DNA from: Bacillota bacterium
GTDB taxonomy: Bacteria; Bacillota; Clostridia; Christensenellales; UBA1242
Direction of reading: 5' to 3'
Length of the DNA stretch: 64,000 nucleotides
Assembly (NCBI GenBank): GCA_009784375.1
Contig: WRBV01000001.1
Span: 177,256-241,255, forward strand
The position numbers and the translations under genes were made by a program. Of this stretch, positions 49,701-58,269 are shown in pieces. The notes under the pieces are model-generated. The model did no database searches. It was not told the DNA's origin and saw nothing but the letters and a program-made list of their open reading frames with translations. Position 1 is the first letter of the stretch. Each line of letters opens with the position of its first letter.

Positions 49701-51882
49701 TCTTGGAGGAAGCCAGGAAAGGATAGGTTTCGTACGTCATAACTCGACATTGACTGGTGTTACAGGTACAGGTACGATTATTAATTCATTTGTTCATAAT
49801 GCACCAAGGGTAGGGGCAGAGGCTGGATTCTTTCCATTCGCACTTAACTATACCGAAGGGAACATGTACAACAATAAATTTATACGTCACGAGAGTTTCA
49901 CCGCGTCAATACCTGCTGCTGACCTTAACTTGCCACAAGATCGAATTGCTCACATAAATATTACAAACATAGACCAAACAAGTGAATTCCTTGGTTTCAG
50001 TATAAGCGAGATTATTGAGCTCGACACACCGAACATGTGGCAAATGACAGTAGTCGGTCCAAGGTTGGTAAGTGCGAACCACATTGCGATTTCTATCCGT
50101 CGTGTAAGTGCATACACTTGGCCAGACGGGGAACAAAGAATTGAATTTGTGCCAGGATTCGAATACGGCACAAGCAGATACAACCCAATCATCATTACAA
50201 ATGGTGACCAATTCAACAGATACATGTTTGAAGACAGCGAGGCACAATATCAACATGATAGATATCTCGAGTCTAATGGTGAAATACCAATTGATTGGTC
50301 AAGAAACGTATACCAAGGTTATTTGCGTCTTGTTAACAATATTTCTCTGCGAACTGCCACAGCAACTGGGATAACTTCCCATGGTGGATTATTGCGAACG
50401 CAAGGAATAATTTTCCGTGGACACTTTGATGGGAATGGATTAGAAATAAACGACATTTCCATGAACGCGGCACCAGACGTCGAACGTGGGCTTCAAAGTG
50501 TTGGATTATTCTCGAAAGTCGAACATGCTACAATTAAAAACATTAACCTTAACTTTATAAAGCATCCTGTTGCTGGTATAGATTACTCTATTGCTGCAAT
50601 TGATGCGGAATATGTTGGCGGTCTTGCTGGGATTGCGATTAACTCTAATCTTGTTGATATAAACCTTGGAATACAAACAACAGGAAACACAGACAATCAA
50701 CTAACAATAATTGGTGGTGCAAACGTAATCGGTGGTCTTGTTGGTGTTGCTGTAATGTTCAACCATGATGCAAGTGACAACAACACATTCAAAATCGAAA
50801 ACATTGCGTCTAATGTTCGTGTTTCGTCATTAAGCAATTCTCTTAACTCGCGCGATCTTGGATTGAATTATGACCAACTTGGTATTGCGGGTGGAATTAT
50901 GGGTGTGATAACACATGATGTTCGTGAATTTGTACGTGGAGACCGAACTAATAACGAAGAGATGTTTATGCGTGACATATTCAACTATGATCGAGAAAAT
51001 TCAAGAGACTTCCGAGTATTATCAAGAGACCAAGTCCGACCATTAGGAACAGAAGTAAACCCACACATTGCGGTACGTAACATCCGAAACTTTAACGAGC
51101 GTGCAATCGCGGTAACTGGAGAAATTGCTGGTGGATTGGTTGGTATCATAGGAAGTGAAATCAACACAACAAGGCTAAGCTATGAATTTGATGGTGCAAA
51201 TAACATAGCAGACAACTTTATCCGCGGTGCATTCTATGTGGGTGGATTGGTTGGTATGAACTTTGGAACAATTGATATTGCGACGTTTGATATTCCAACA
51301 TTCAATGTACAATCGATATTTTCGGCTGGATTCATATTTAATGTGGATACAAGCTATACAACAATTCGACACGGCATGACGGTTGGTGGTATTGCTGGAT
51401 TCAATGCTGGAACGATTTCACATGCTACAAATAATACGAACATGGCAACTAATAGTACGGGAACACACGAAGTTGATTGGCGTCAAGTAATGACGGTTGG
51501 TGGTATAGTTGGTGAAAATGTTGGTGGAACAATTGAACATGGTCGAGTATATCAATCACTAGCAAGTGGATTTGTTCTTGGCGGTATTGCGGGTATAAGT
51601 CGTGGCGGGACTATCGAAAATAACTTTGTACATGCAAACGCAAGGGTTGTTGTAGGTCCACCAACCCCACATCCAAATTTAAACTTTACGATTAATACTG
51701 GATTGGCGGGTTCTACACACCAGATTCACGAATCATTCCAAAATCAAGCAAGCTTCGGGACAAATGAATTACGTGATTTGTCAAATAATATTATTAATCC
51801 AAACCGAAATCTTCGTCGTGAATATACTGGCACCCACATCGGTGTGCGTACAGGTAGTGTAAGTGAAGCTAATAATAATTAA
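40756..51882 (+). CDS. Giant surface protein (3708 aa) with GLUG-like beta-helical blocks and Ig-like modules
   Basis: N-terminal TM anchor; several blocks of VGGIVGRN/AGGLVGFN repeats preceded by NPYQIWT / FDGNG-type motifs. Confidence 0.85.
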   Translation: MGDKRNLSKRNKIILGAMVGLVLIGVLAIILSTTGGGNAAQMRISANTTNVNITMQMSVQNNQIVPPAIAQRFQDVIVTVSRAPSEIGSGVHAYSLDQNVATAWVEARSGDRNWVRIVGQGAGQTRIRVMSHGGQRTMYINVRVDVPAQDFVVRDPRFGVIHNQIAPNSIEFVESDFNFFATTNHNFDVATSINTIDFSFAPGTETHGTRIDGNRFIVYPGSTIGVVQVRATLRRNTAITRDFPVHIFPSTSFGDLGLRDMTGSQISNSGLVIAPLVLNNTLAAPNFIDYDLTIANIPISNTRNIAYGNLTYRYQLINHNENITYVLEETPDQFRVMGKTPGHTYVDVMVFPVLQVGANTIFFNRTQDSHLQRTRRIRVEVRNTFRDDQLRFTEDNDINNEFDDIYAFFAIGRNDRFNFNVTMTDDVMVNNTPSHPLNNRVTFDIINSPIPVPSTQIGTFFNITYSPTAAREPNATTTMISPHFTNGVPYNSYFSISFVSNPGFAGGDPSIISQFMAASSDLIPEQDRLMLEVRSIAMRADGETPLASKRIPLRVIRSVTEMHAENSAGDIITTLFPVRNGVSNPFDFYVATDLGDDAVANRFSWTLSQNARTPYGELFNITREPATVGGRLGFSIAVNPTIADDVRIGVEYYIDIRYISGYTIRLPILVQERLESYTYDVIGLSGNAQIFEPRNTTRLSGGVNLFLRIDGTYSLNINAMPTHASVFASMIPSSTSIIVCNTTFTFRPTEEGQFTINVSLGSVNPDVLIGIDRDFVINITVINPIMRADFSHNWERIYSVNTLSHFASPLVEGSFLDFTLDFEFAGGGNTSSTINITTSYTSPNIRLEQLGWNSFRVHGLWDTGEDIFDTISFEIEQTFHGYTRSFTFGSPRVFHLNVREVEMIQSIHLRNVGETLNMTLNAQGTQSMTVLTTPYPIEGVHNLDIGFAFLVGGTIFNPNGTLIQNIPGIVSVNNAGQITAIHSNVGVHQHDVRLVVFAFDSIRRDGGGNLVFNPIELVHVPVNVYIFNPHDGDGQFLIETREQFLTHFGFVAATGVPNSIRGRIQTIGVQNFLYYERAQRNQAADIVTGYFRLAADIDFSGILLEPISHFNGTLTGVRTAEIRGGAEEQESKWQLQNMSFRTRTGVNAWTQWSTAVGAGGTENVGLFGTIGTNGLVQGISFTNAHLHVNFNRMSLPATFHNRNINVGMLAGINNGIVSDISVHFENANYIATGFERLNIGAVVGLNNNIIREENRMRTTGLIRVGFAPNDQHFAVNRRVTNINAGGVAGRNSLNGTISGRNAGGILQDNIEVVSQVTLLIVDQENVVTDEMDKNVGGIVGRNDGIVREISAEAVIFSAARGNAGGLVGFNTGLLENSYTTSAIYARGALGGIAGRNTGIIQNTYFDMYINTTIGRNIQPLLRTHVPAAIREQNPGWDQFYAGLIVGRDANTTVVEANPTIVGGVVGRNSGNVFNSFASSIFTRDTTHVFTQHPTIHALEYRGDIYIHGAQNVIVGGVIGRQEGGNGHNQVEGVYSNLLINYNSSGVRGAPIIGGVIGEIRHDANATIIAAYSYNQYRINAHAQEFTGLANTQLAIAGVVGRNNNLLNVNDVQFILTYAVLETSQVEWIGLPTGAARIFPITGINLGSVLNVGTVLTGASTMRNINLATWTDSGHAAVDYFINFSNADIYDLTGLTSLEFESRVGFGFPMVRMSFEPTDYQFELPLFIATPTAIVLQLHSQAALSARFGAQLNNRGEFNYVVIADNNPVTGTQSAALFYSSGGTRSGPVDVANRYFLDDLFTQRVSPSIASRRMEITITDENVAWLGRDTSTGEPRFFIQLTGVLGSFEIHATSTRHEEGLAIVGKVRFDVVPAIATQTLTRDAISTLARQSLLTNDRNNFNHGLSVQRGTTISLRGAILPNPNGWEIISHKTYAFDGVFIMNYSNGAPILMNRVEEDGFNFHFIPRMQVGDMVYLLGSLEIVLNIDVYDGAIYLDFRQDQVTFDGSNAAIYSGVFITDITPTAFNVMNLTTLTEEQRIEIFTTLTRFNFFTEDNYHTLFTDGNITRIHITDQGRSFFLVFELFVEPVIALANGYFEYRFNINLSIEIDMRAYTDIPGGNLFETPGAMPIGLFGRIDVIEQNLDGRVRNLLRDSANVDIIPQVLETITIQHYTSTTRAGLPIYQMRVTDMENQNWNVFTDIDPVGSLLKVYAHPFFSNIESFSLESSRVEQVIGQRPTGQGNETEDIIREWEIQFTQMVFDPINEVFTNYGVVSGVSGGEIHQVSTYRVLADGTRVFTWDGVYYIQTRLVVIQDDYINDIPVTPLAPGEFFTISLNFESVNGAAINDSFRLGVVRRPGLMFTYDGQNTREAVQAIGTTHNLTATVVGDVEIGDITTTDIRQRWQDAISISANHPTASVDSNDISINVTSATATGAVISIEIGPTVPEGTNIMLEIIGILFEGGDRLQLPDPIFNLTAVLFRVLDFRVDGVMGNTIRLRNNNQQQMHLRAVVDRYTGPTLELQQRIDTAITALENQINTTELVTWTGWNNNRGWILNRSEWNQETEFYYSEVGPGGEDRNELNFFLGRGATSNIKFISASTPSARTTSLEVRMYYEIVGGRYSVRSGGTFNPISTTFSIVSIRQSPEDNPYQIWTESDLIAALEDSDSANGHFILMADITLGSTGVGWLPRPINFNLDGNNKRLTLSRIAQQTDAATVNIGLFTTIAQNQVIKNLNIVPGTLGARDHSILTVNLGEHRNNIIANIGVLAGINNGIVTNVAILPAAQFYNNDGTPHLRHGHQVASFGTTQNPHSTFDIDNDRARARLHIITNRTESHLRVGGLVGQNSSNGVISNSRVLVDIEATLPQLEHDLPGNFAARTAYIAGFVGENSGYIVSSFYRDGNVNNRIRPNQGGGAGIDRFSRTAGFVGLNRGIVRGNYVQGATNTIDQADGGVRRGAILSNYNVTGFVYVNIGTIQDAFVNITLGGSQERIGFVRHNSTLTGVTGTGTIINSFVHNAPRVGAEAGFFPFALNYTEGNMYNNKFIRHESFTASIPAADLNLPQDRIAHINITNIDQTSEFLGFSISEIIELDTPNMWQMTVVGPRLVSANHIAISIRRVSAYTWPDGEQRIEFVPGFEYGTSRYNPIIITNGDQFNRYMFEDSEAQYQHDRYLESNGEIPIDWSRNVYQGYLRLVNNISLRTATATGITSHGGLLRTQGIIFRGHFDGNGLEINDISMNAAPDVERGLQSVGLFSKVEHATIKNINLNFIKHPVAGIDYSIAAIDAEYVGGLAGIAINSNLVDINLGIQTTGNTDNQLTIIGGANVIGGLVGVAVMFNHDASDNNTFKIENIASNVRVSSLSNSLNSRDLGLNYDQLGIAGGIMGVITHDVREFVRGDRTNNEEMFMRDIFNYDRENSRDFRVLSRDQVRPLGTEVNPHIAVRNIRNFNERAIAVTGEIAGGLVGIIGSEINTTRLSYEFDGANNIADNFIRGAFYVGGLVGMNFGTIDIATFDIPTFNVQSIFSAGFIFNVDTSYTTIRHGMTVGGIAGFNAGTISHATNNTNMATNSTGTHEVDWRQVMTVGGIVGENVGGTIEHGRVYQSLASGFVLGGIAGISRGGTIENNFVHANARVVVGPPTPHPNLNFTINTGLAGSTHQIHESFQNQASFGTNELRDLSNNIINPNRNLRREYTGTHIGVRTGSVSEANNN

Positions 51883-51914
51883 TTGAAAGACGAAAGTTGT
51901 GATATATTGTATTT

Positions 51915-54146
51915 ATGCAACTTGTCGATGAAATTGCCGATATTACTTTTCGAAATGAAGAAAATGGATATTCGGTTATAAGGCTTAAGACCAGTAACAT
52001 TACGGCTACTGGTGTTTTTGCCTTTGTATCGGTGGGTGCAGAACTCACACTACATGGTGAATTTGTTAACAATGCAAAATATGGAAAACAATTCAAGGTT
52101 ACATCGTATGAAATAACTCCACCAAATACACCAAAGAAAATTAAACAATTTATTGGAAGTGGTCTTATCGAAGGCATAGGTCCAGTCACCGCCGAACGCA
52201 TTGTCAAGACCTTTGGAAAAGACACATTAAAAATTATGGAAAATGCACCCGAGGAATTAATTGCGGTGCGTGGAATATCCGAGAAAAAAGCAAAAGTCAT
52301 TGGTGAAAAATACGCAACAATAAAACAAATGCAAGCGGCAATAATTTTCTTGCAAAAATTTGAAATCTCGTTAAATATGGCAGTCAAGATATACAAGAGC
52401 TATGGCGAGAAAACAATTGAAGCGGTGCAATCAAATCCATATTCATTAATCGAACGGGTGGATGGTATTGGATTTATAACGGCAGACAAAATGGCACGAG
52501 ACCTTGGCATAGATTACACAAGTTCGTTTCGTGTTCGTGCAGGGCTTGTTTATTGTTTGAAACAAGCATCTGAAAAAGATGGGCATACGTTCTTGCCGCA
52601 CAAGGCATTATTCCAGGATGTGATTAAACTTCTTAAAATAAAAACCGAACAATTAGAACCCGTTTTCGAAGAGGTATTACGAGACCTTTGTCTTGATAAA
52701 TTTTTAACTATGGTTAAATCGGATAAAGAACAGGGTTACATGTTGACCAAATATTATGTTGCCGAACGATCAATTGCGACAAGGTTGAATTCACATGCCA
52801 TAGATTTTGAAGAGGAACAAATTAAAGGTGTAGATAAACTTTTAAATCATTACCAAAAAATTAACAACATCGAATTACATGACAAGCAAAAAGAGGCTGT
52901 TCGACTTGCAACAAGTGGTGGTGTTTGTGTGATTACTGGTGGACCTGGGACTGGAAAGACAACAATTGTAAAAGCGATTTTATATATAAACGAGGCACAA
53001 GGATTAAACACGCGATTACTTGCACCAACAGGCAGGGCGGCAAAGCGAATGGAAGAAGCAACAGGTATGCCAGCAAGTACCATTCATCGCGCACTTGAAT
53101 TGGATTACAGCAATAATTCGCGTAATGTCCAGTTTGAAGATTGGGATGGTGCATTGTCAGCAGACGTTGTAATTGTTGATGAATTTTCAATGTGCGATGT
53201 GCAATTAACTTCACAATTATTGAAGCGAATTTTACCACGAACTCGGATTATTCTTGTGGGTGATGCCGATCAATTACCGTCCGTTGGTGCGGGTTCGGTC
53301 TTGAATGATATTTTACAATCGAGTGTGATAAGTACGGTATGCCTTACCGAAATTTATCGTCAAGAAGGCACAAGCCAAATCGTCCATGCTGCACACGCGA
53401 TTAACAAGGGTATGATGCCTGACCTTTCTAATAAGAGCAGCGATTTTTTCTTTGTAAATTCACAAAGTGCGTCACAAGTTAAGCAAAACGTTGTGTCTTT
53501 GGCAACCACACGAATTCCAAACCATATGAATGTATCGCCATCAAAGATTCAAATTCTTTGTCCAATGAAAGTTGGTGAAGCGGGTATGAATTCATTGAAC
53601 CTTGCTCTGCAAGAATCGTTAAACCCACCAGTAATGGAAAAGCCGCAATATGAATACGGCGATATAATATACCGAACTGGCGACCGAGTCATGCAAACCA
53701 TGAACAACTATGATCAAGAATGGACACGTAATGAACACGGAATGATGGACAACGGAACGGGTGTATATAACGGCGATATAGGCGAGATTATCCAAATCAA
53801 TCGTCAAAATGGTGAAGTCGTGGTGCAGCTTGAAGATGGTCGTGTTACAACGTATACTCGATCTGACCTTTCGAACCTTGTGTTGTCATATGCAATTACT
53901 GTACATAAGAGCCAAGGTTGTGAATTTGATGTAGTCATAATCCCAATTGTAAGTGGTGCATATATGATACTTACGCGAAACCTTTTATATACCGCGGTAA
54001 CACGTGCCAAGAAAATGGTTGTCCTTGTGGGAGATTCAATCAACATAGAAAAAATGGTGAACAACACATTCACCAAAAAAAGATATACAATGTTAAAAGA
54101 GTTTCTGCGTGAAATGAAAGATAAAACTAGTGCGTTGTACGAGTAA
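51915..54146 (+). CDS. recD2: RecD2 (YrrC-type) ATP-dependent DNA helicase
   Basis: HhH region GIGPVTA, TGGPGTGKTT, APTGRAAKR, VDEFSM, GDADQLPSVG, YAITVHKSQG and LYTAVTRA. Confidence 0.95.
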   Translation: MQLVDEIADITFRNEENGYSVIRLKTSNITATGVFAFVSVGAELTLHGEFVNNAKYGKQFKVTSYEITPPNTPKKIKQFIGSGLIEGIGPVTAERIVKTFGKDTLKIMENAPEELIAVRGISEKKAKVIGEKYATIKQMQAAIIFLQKFEISLNMAVKIYKSYGEKTIEAVQSNPYSLIERVDGIGFITADKMARDLGIDYTSSFRVRAGLVYCLKQASEKDGHTFLPHKALFQDVIKLLKIKTEQLEPVFEEVLRDLCLDKFLTMVKSDKEQGYMLTKYYVAERSIATRLNSHAIDFEEEQIKGVDKLLNHYQKINNIELHDKQKEAVRLATSGGVCVITGGPGTGKTTIVKAILYINEAQGLNTRLLAPTGRAAKRMEEATGMPASTIHRALELDYSNNSRNVQFEDWDGALSADVVIVDEFSMCDVQLTSQLLKRILPRTRIILVGDADQLPSVGAGSVLNDILQSSVISTVCLTEIYRQEGTSQIVHAAHAINKGMMPDLSNKSSDFFFVNSQSASQVKQNVVSLATTRIPNHMNVSPSKIQILCPMKVGEAGMNSLNLALQESLNPPVMEKPQYEYGDIIYRTGDRVMQTMNNYDQEWTRNEHGMMDNGTGVYNGDIGEIIQINRQNGEVVVQLEDGRVTTYTRSDLSNLVLSYAITVHKSQGCEFDVVIIPIVSGAYMILTRNLLYTAVTRAKKMVVLVGDSINIEKMVNNTFTKKRYTMLKEFLREMKDKTSALYE

Positions 54147-54160
54147 TCATAGAGGAGAGT

Positions 54161-54733
54161 ATGATGTTCATAACTTCACAAATATTTGGTGGACTTGCAT
54201 TAATCGCTCTTTTTATCACGTTTCAAAGTAAACAAAAGAAATACCTTGTAATTTGGAATGGTGCAACAATGATGTTTGCCGCCATTATGTTTGCATTCCT
54301 TGGCAATTGGGTAGTTGTTGCAATGTTAGGAATAGGGATAATACGAAATCTTGTACTACTTGTTCTTGATAAATACGAAAAGACACCAAAATTGGTTAGA
54401 CATACCGTTATGGTTATTCTCATAATTGCTACCGCGGTTGCTGGTTGGTTTACACAATATTTTTGGTATGATTGGATTCTTATTGTTATTTCCGTTTTGT
54501 TCGTCCCAGTAATATTCTTTGGAAGACTTCACCTGTTTCGAATGTGTTGTGTTATCTATGCGTCAACCATGCTTGCACACAATATAATGCATCTTGTTTG
54601 GATGGGTATTGCTCTCGAGGTCACATCTCTTATATCAATTGCGATATTTTATGTTAGGCTCACAGTTGGTAGAGCAATAAAAGAAGATGAAAGTTTATGT
54701 AATCAAAATAAACTTGAAGAACAGATAGATTAA
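54161..54733 (+). CDS. YgjV-like inner membrane protein
   Basis: SQIFGGLALIALFITFQSK and multiple TMs. Confidence 0.7.
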   Translation: MMFITSQIFGGLALIALFITFQSKQKKYLVIWNGATMMFAAIMFAFLGNWVVVAMLGIGIIRNLVLLVLDKYEKTPKLVRHTVMVILIIATAVAGWFTQYFWYDWILIVISVLFVPVIFFGRLHLFRMCCVIYASTMLAHNIMHLVWMGIALEVTSLISIAIFYVRLTVGRAIKEDESLCNQNKLEEQID

Positions 54734-54749
54734 AATCTACAATAAAGTA

Positions 54750-56510
54750 TTATTCCACCGTAACAGCCTTTGCAAGATTTCTCGGCTTGTCAGGGCAGAG
54801 CTTTAACGATTGTGCAAGATAGAGTGCGAATAATTGTGACGGGATAACACCCAATATAAACGACAATGAATTAGGTTCAGACATAACGGATGAAAGGTCG
54901 GGAATCCAAACTCGGCTGCCACGTGCCATTACTTCGTTTGACGCATTATCAAGTTTCAATTTCTTGGCTTGGTTATCGGGTTCGGTATTAATGACTATTG
55001 TCAAAGTGTCTTTATCAACCAATGATAGTGTCCCATGTTTTAATTCACCTGCTGCAAAACCTTCGCAATGTTTATAAGTTATTTCTTTTATTTTAAGGGC
55101 ACTCTCGAGCGCTGAGACAAAATCAAGTCCTTTACCAAGAATAAACATTTTTGTTGCTTTTCTTTGTTGCTTTGCAATTGATTGAATGCTATCCGCCGAT
55201 TCAAGATAGATTTCAATAGATTGTGCAAGTGCCGATAAATCTTCGAACAGGCTTTTTTCTTTTTGCATGGTCCATACAAGAATTGCTCCAACAACAACTT
55301 GGGCGATATATGCCTTTGTGCTTGCCACAGCGACTTCGGTGCCTGCGAATATTGGCAAGAAATAATCAACTTGACGTGATATCGAACTGCCTGCTACGTT
55401 GCATATTCCAATTGTTTCAAGCCCACTTTCTTTCATAATACGAAGTGCCGACATTGTATCTGCCGTTTCACCACTTTGGCTTATAACCATTCCGACATCG
55501 TTTTCTTTGAATAATGGACTTTGGAATGCGACTTCACTTGCAATATATACACGAGTCCGTATTCTGCACTTTGATTCAAGTAACTGGGCAATCATTAACC
55601 CAGCATGATATGCGGTCCCACATGCGGCGATATGTACGGTATCACAATCTTGAACTTTCTTTACAACTTGTTTGAATTGCTTGGTTCGAACAATATTTTT
55701 GTATTCGGTTATAATTCGGCGTATGATATTTGGAATTTCAAAAATTTCCTTTTCCATAAAGGTCGAATAACCCTCTTTATCAATCTTGTATGTTTCGATA
55801 TCCAAGGCAAGGGGCTTTTTCTTTATTTCACGTTCATCATTATAAAACACAAGCCAGTCTTTCTTGATGACGGCAAATTCATCATCCTCAAGTGCATACA
55901 GTAAATCGGTCTTTGCCTTTGCCGATGGGATGTCGCTTGTCACAAAATAAAAGTCATTGCCAACACCTATGGTAAGTGGTTGCCGTCCATGTCGTGCCGC
56001 AACCATTACGTTTGGAAAAGTCGCACAGGTCACAAGAAAAGAATAACTGCCACGAAGATGGGTTTTTGCTCTTTTAACCGCATCAAGCAAATTGCCGTCC
56101 AAGTAATATGAAATTAAATGCGGGATGACTTCGGTATCTGTTTGCGATTTCATTTCAATGTCTTTGGTCTGGAGGAAAGTAATGACCTCTTTATAATTTT
56201 CGATAATGCCATTATGAACGACCGAGATTTTACCACAATATGAAATATGTGGATGAGTATTTATCTCGCTGACCCCACCATGTGTTGCCCAACGTGTATG
56301 ACCTATCGCAGTCATCACATCCGAATCATATTGACCCAATACCTTCTTCCGAAGTTTTGCAACATTTCCGACCGATTTAATCACTCGAAGTTCTCGACCA
56401 TTTTGAAAAGAAACACCTGCACTATCATAACCTCGATATTCAAGTGATTCAAGACCATCCACAGTATTAGGGACTGCGTTCGGTCCCAAAAATCCAATTA
56501 CTCCACACAT
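54750..56510 (-). CDS. glmS: Glutamine-fructose-6-phosphate aminotransferase
   Basis: MCG, LEYRGYDSAG, GHTRWATHG, SQSGETAD, ELKHG and PRNLAKAVTVE. Confidence 0.97.
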   Translation of the reverse strand: MCGVIGFLGPNAVPNTVDGLESLEYRGYDSAGVSFQNGRELRVIKSVGNVAKLRKKVLGQYDSDVMTAIGHTRWATHGGVSEINTHPHISYCGKISVVHNGIIENYKEVITFLQTKDIEMKSQTDTEVIPHLISYYLDGNLLDAVKRAKTHLRGSYSFLVTCATFPNVMVAARHGRQPLTIGVGNDFYFVTSDIPSAKAKTDLLYALEDDEFAVIKKDWLVFYNDEREIKKKPLALDIETYKIDKEGYSTFMEKEIFEIPNIIRRIITEYKNIVRTKQFKQVVKKVQDCDTVHIAACGTAYHAGLMIAQLLESKCRIRTRVYIASEVAFQSPLFKENDVGMVISQSGETADTMSALRIMKESGLETIGICNVAGSSISRQVDYFLPIFAGTEVAVASTKAYIAQVVVGAILVWTMQKEKSLFEDLSALAQSIEIYLESADSIQSIAKQQRKATKMFILGKGLDFVSALESALKIKEITYKHCEGFAAGELKHGTLSLVDKDTLTIVINTEPDNQAKKLKLDNASNEVMARGSRVWIPDLSSVMSEPNSLSFILGVIPSQLFALYLAQSLKLCPDKPRNLAKAVTVE

Positions 56511-56595
56511 AAGTGTTTATATGCTAAGTTAGAATTAGTAGTTAAAAATGACAAGTTAGGGTAGAATAAAATTACAAGATCAAAGGAGAAAAACC

Positions 56596-57165
56596 ATGAA
56601 AATAATATGTGAGTTATCTGTGCGCCATGCTCATCTTGCACAAGAGCATGTGGATATTTTATTCAGCAAAGGACATAAATTAACACCAGTAAAGGACTTG
56701 TCTCAACCAGGACAATATTTGTGTGCCGAGCGTGTTGAAATTGTGACACCAAAAATGACAATGAAAAATGTTGGTATTATCGGACCCGTACGTGCAAAGA
56801 GCCAGGTTGAAATTTCAAGAACAGATACCTTTGCACTTGGATTAAAAGGCGTTCCAGTTCGTCAGAGTGGTGAGCTGGATGGTAGTGTTGGTGTTATTCT
56901 GAGAACCGATCTTGGCGAGGTTGCTCTTAATGAAGGTGTGATTGTTGCACAACGTCATATTCACATGGATCCAAAATCGGCATCAGAATTTGGGTTAGCC
57001 GATAATCAAATGGTGTCTGTGAAGTTTTTGGGTGATCGTGGTGGAGTTTTATATAATACAGTAGTAAGGGTAAGTGAAAGCTTTGCTCCCGCGGTACATA
57101 TAGATTCGGACGAGGCAAATGCGCTTGGTCATATATGCGGTCATGATGTGGAGATAATCAAATGA
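56596..57165 (+). CDS. pduL: PduL-type phosphotransacylase
   Basis: SVRHAHL, LSQPGQY, QVEISRTD, AQRHIHM and HIDSDEANA. Confidence 0.92.
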   Translation: MKIICELSVRHAHLAQEHVDILFSKGHKLTPVKDLSQPGQYLCAERVEIVTPKMTMKNVGIIGPVRAKSQVEISRTDTFALGLKGVPVRQSGELDGSVGVILRTDLGEVALNEGVIVAQRHIHMDPKSASEFGLADNQMVSVKFLGDRGGVLYNTVVRVSESFAPAVHIDSDEANALGHICGHDVEIIK

Positions 57166-58049
57166 GTAAAAAGCTTATCGGTGAAGTAACAAGCGTTGCA
57201 AAGACGGGATATTTTGTAAACATAGATATTAACAGTCAATCGTTATTCTGTATTATAAATAACTCTTATGTGGAAGACAATCCACCTGTTGTTGGCGACT
57301 TTGTTGTATTAGAACAAAAGGATGACCAGTATCTTGTTAAGTCAGTAGAGCCAAGGAAAAATTACATAGCACGTTACGATTTTCACAAAAACCGATCACA
57401 AGGATTTGCCGCCAACCTTGGAACAATTCTTATTGTAACAAGTGCAAACAAAGAATTTTCAACCAATCGTATAAGACGGTTTTTGGCACTCAGCGGTGAT
57501 CAACCAGTCCGACATGTAATAGTACTAACCAAAATTGACCTTGCCACCAATCTTGATTTTTATAAAAATATTATTAAAAAAGAATTTCCTGGCGTAGAGT
57601 TTGTTGCACTTAATTCACTTAAAAAAACAGATGTTGCGAAATTATTTAAATACGTTGCCGAGGGTGAATCGGTAATGTTGTTGGGTTCAAGTGGGGTGGG
57701 TAAGACCACTATTATTAATACATTACTTAATATGAATCTTCGCACAAATGAAACAAAGGGTGTACGTCACAAAGATTCTGGTCGACACACTACAAGTTCG
57801 CGTAACATGTATTATACGGCATGTGGGCGAAAAGTTATTGATGTGCCTGGAATTAAAATTGTTGGTGTTGAAAAAGAAGACATAGAGAACAGCCCAATTT
57901 TCCAAAAAATAGTTAGCATGGCACGAACATGTAAATACACAAACTGTAAACACATAACCGAGGATAAATGTGCAATCAAAGCGGCGATTGAATCAGGCGA
58001 GTTGGAAGATTGGGAATTGGAAGGATATAGACAAATGTTGAGTGAGTAA
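57162..58049 (+). CDS. rsgA: Ribosome small subunit-dependent GTPase A
   Basis: TKID, GSSGVGKT, GRHTT, DVPG and the CKYTNCKHITEDKC zinc finger. Confidence 0.92.
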   Translation: MSKKLIGEVTSVAKTGYFVNIDINSQSLFCIINNSYVEDNPPVVGDFVVLEQKDDQYLVKSVEPRKNYIARYDFHKNRSQGFAANLGTILIVTSANKEFSTNRIRRFLALSGDQPVRHVIVLTKIDLATNLDFYKNIIKKEFPGVEFVALNSLKKTDVAKLFKYVAEGESVMLLGSSGVGKTTIINTLLNMNLRTNETKGVRHKDSGRHTTSSRNMYYTACGRKVIDVPGIKIVGVEKEDIENSPIFQKIVSMARTCKYTNCKHITEDKCAIKAAIESGELEDWELEGYRQMLSE

Positions 58050-58269
58050 GGTATATATCGAAAAGTAAAGTCATAAAGAACTTGCCGATAGAATGTATGA
58101 AAAATCTAGAAGTACTCTAGGTTTATCCTTCCTCGCAATGACGGGGTGGACTGGGTACAGTTCGCAATGACGATAACAAGGGGAGTTTCGTGCTTCTTTC
58201 TTAATCGGCTTTACAAAACAGAAATAGTTTGACAAAAAGATGCAAATACTTTATTGTAGGATTAAGCAA

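Noticed and set aside
39040-51882. Lysine codon reassignment as the cause of Lys-poor proteins
   Set aside because: Ribosomal proteins, Walker A motifs and other conserved Lys positions use AAA/AAG normally. The depletion follows membrane topology.
26613-51882. Diversity-generating retroelement or phase-variable cassettes acting on the giant genes
   Set aside because: No reverse transcriptase, recombinase or near-identical template/variable repeat pair was visible by eye; a self dot-plot would be needed to exclude it fully.
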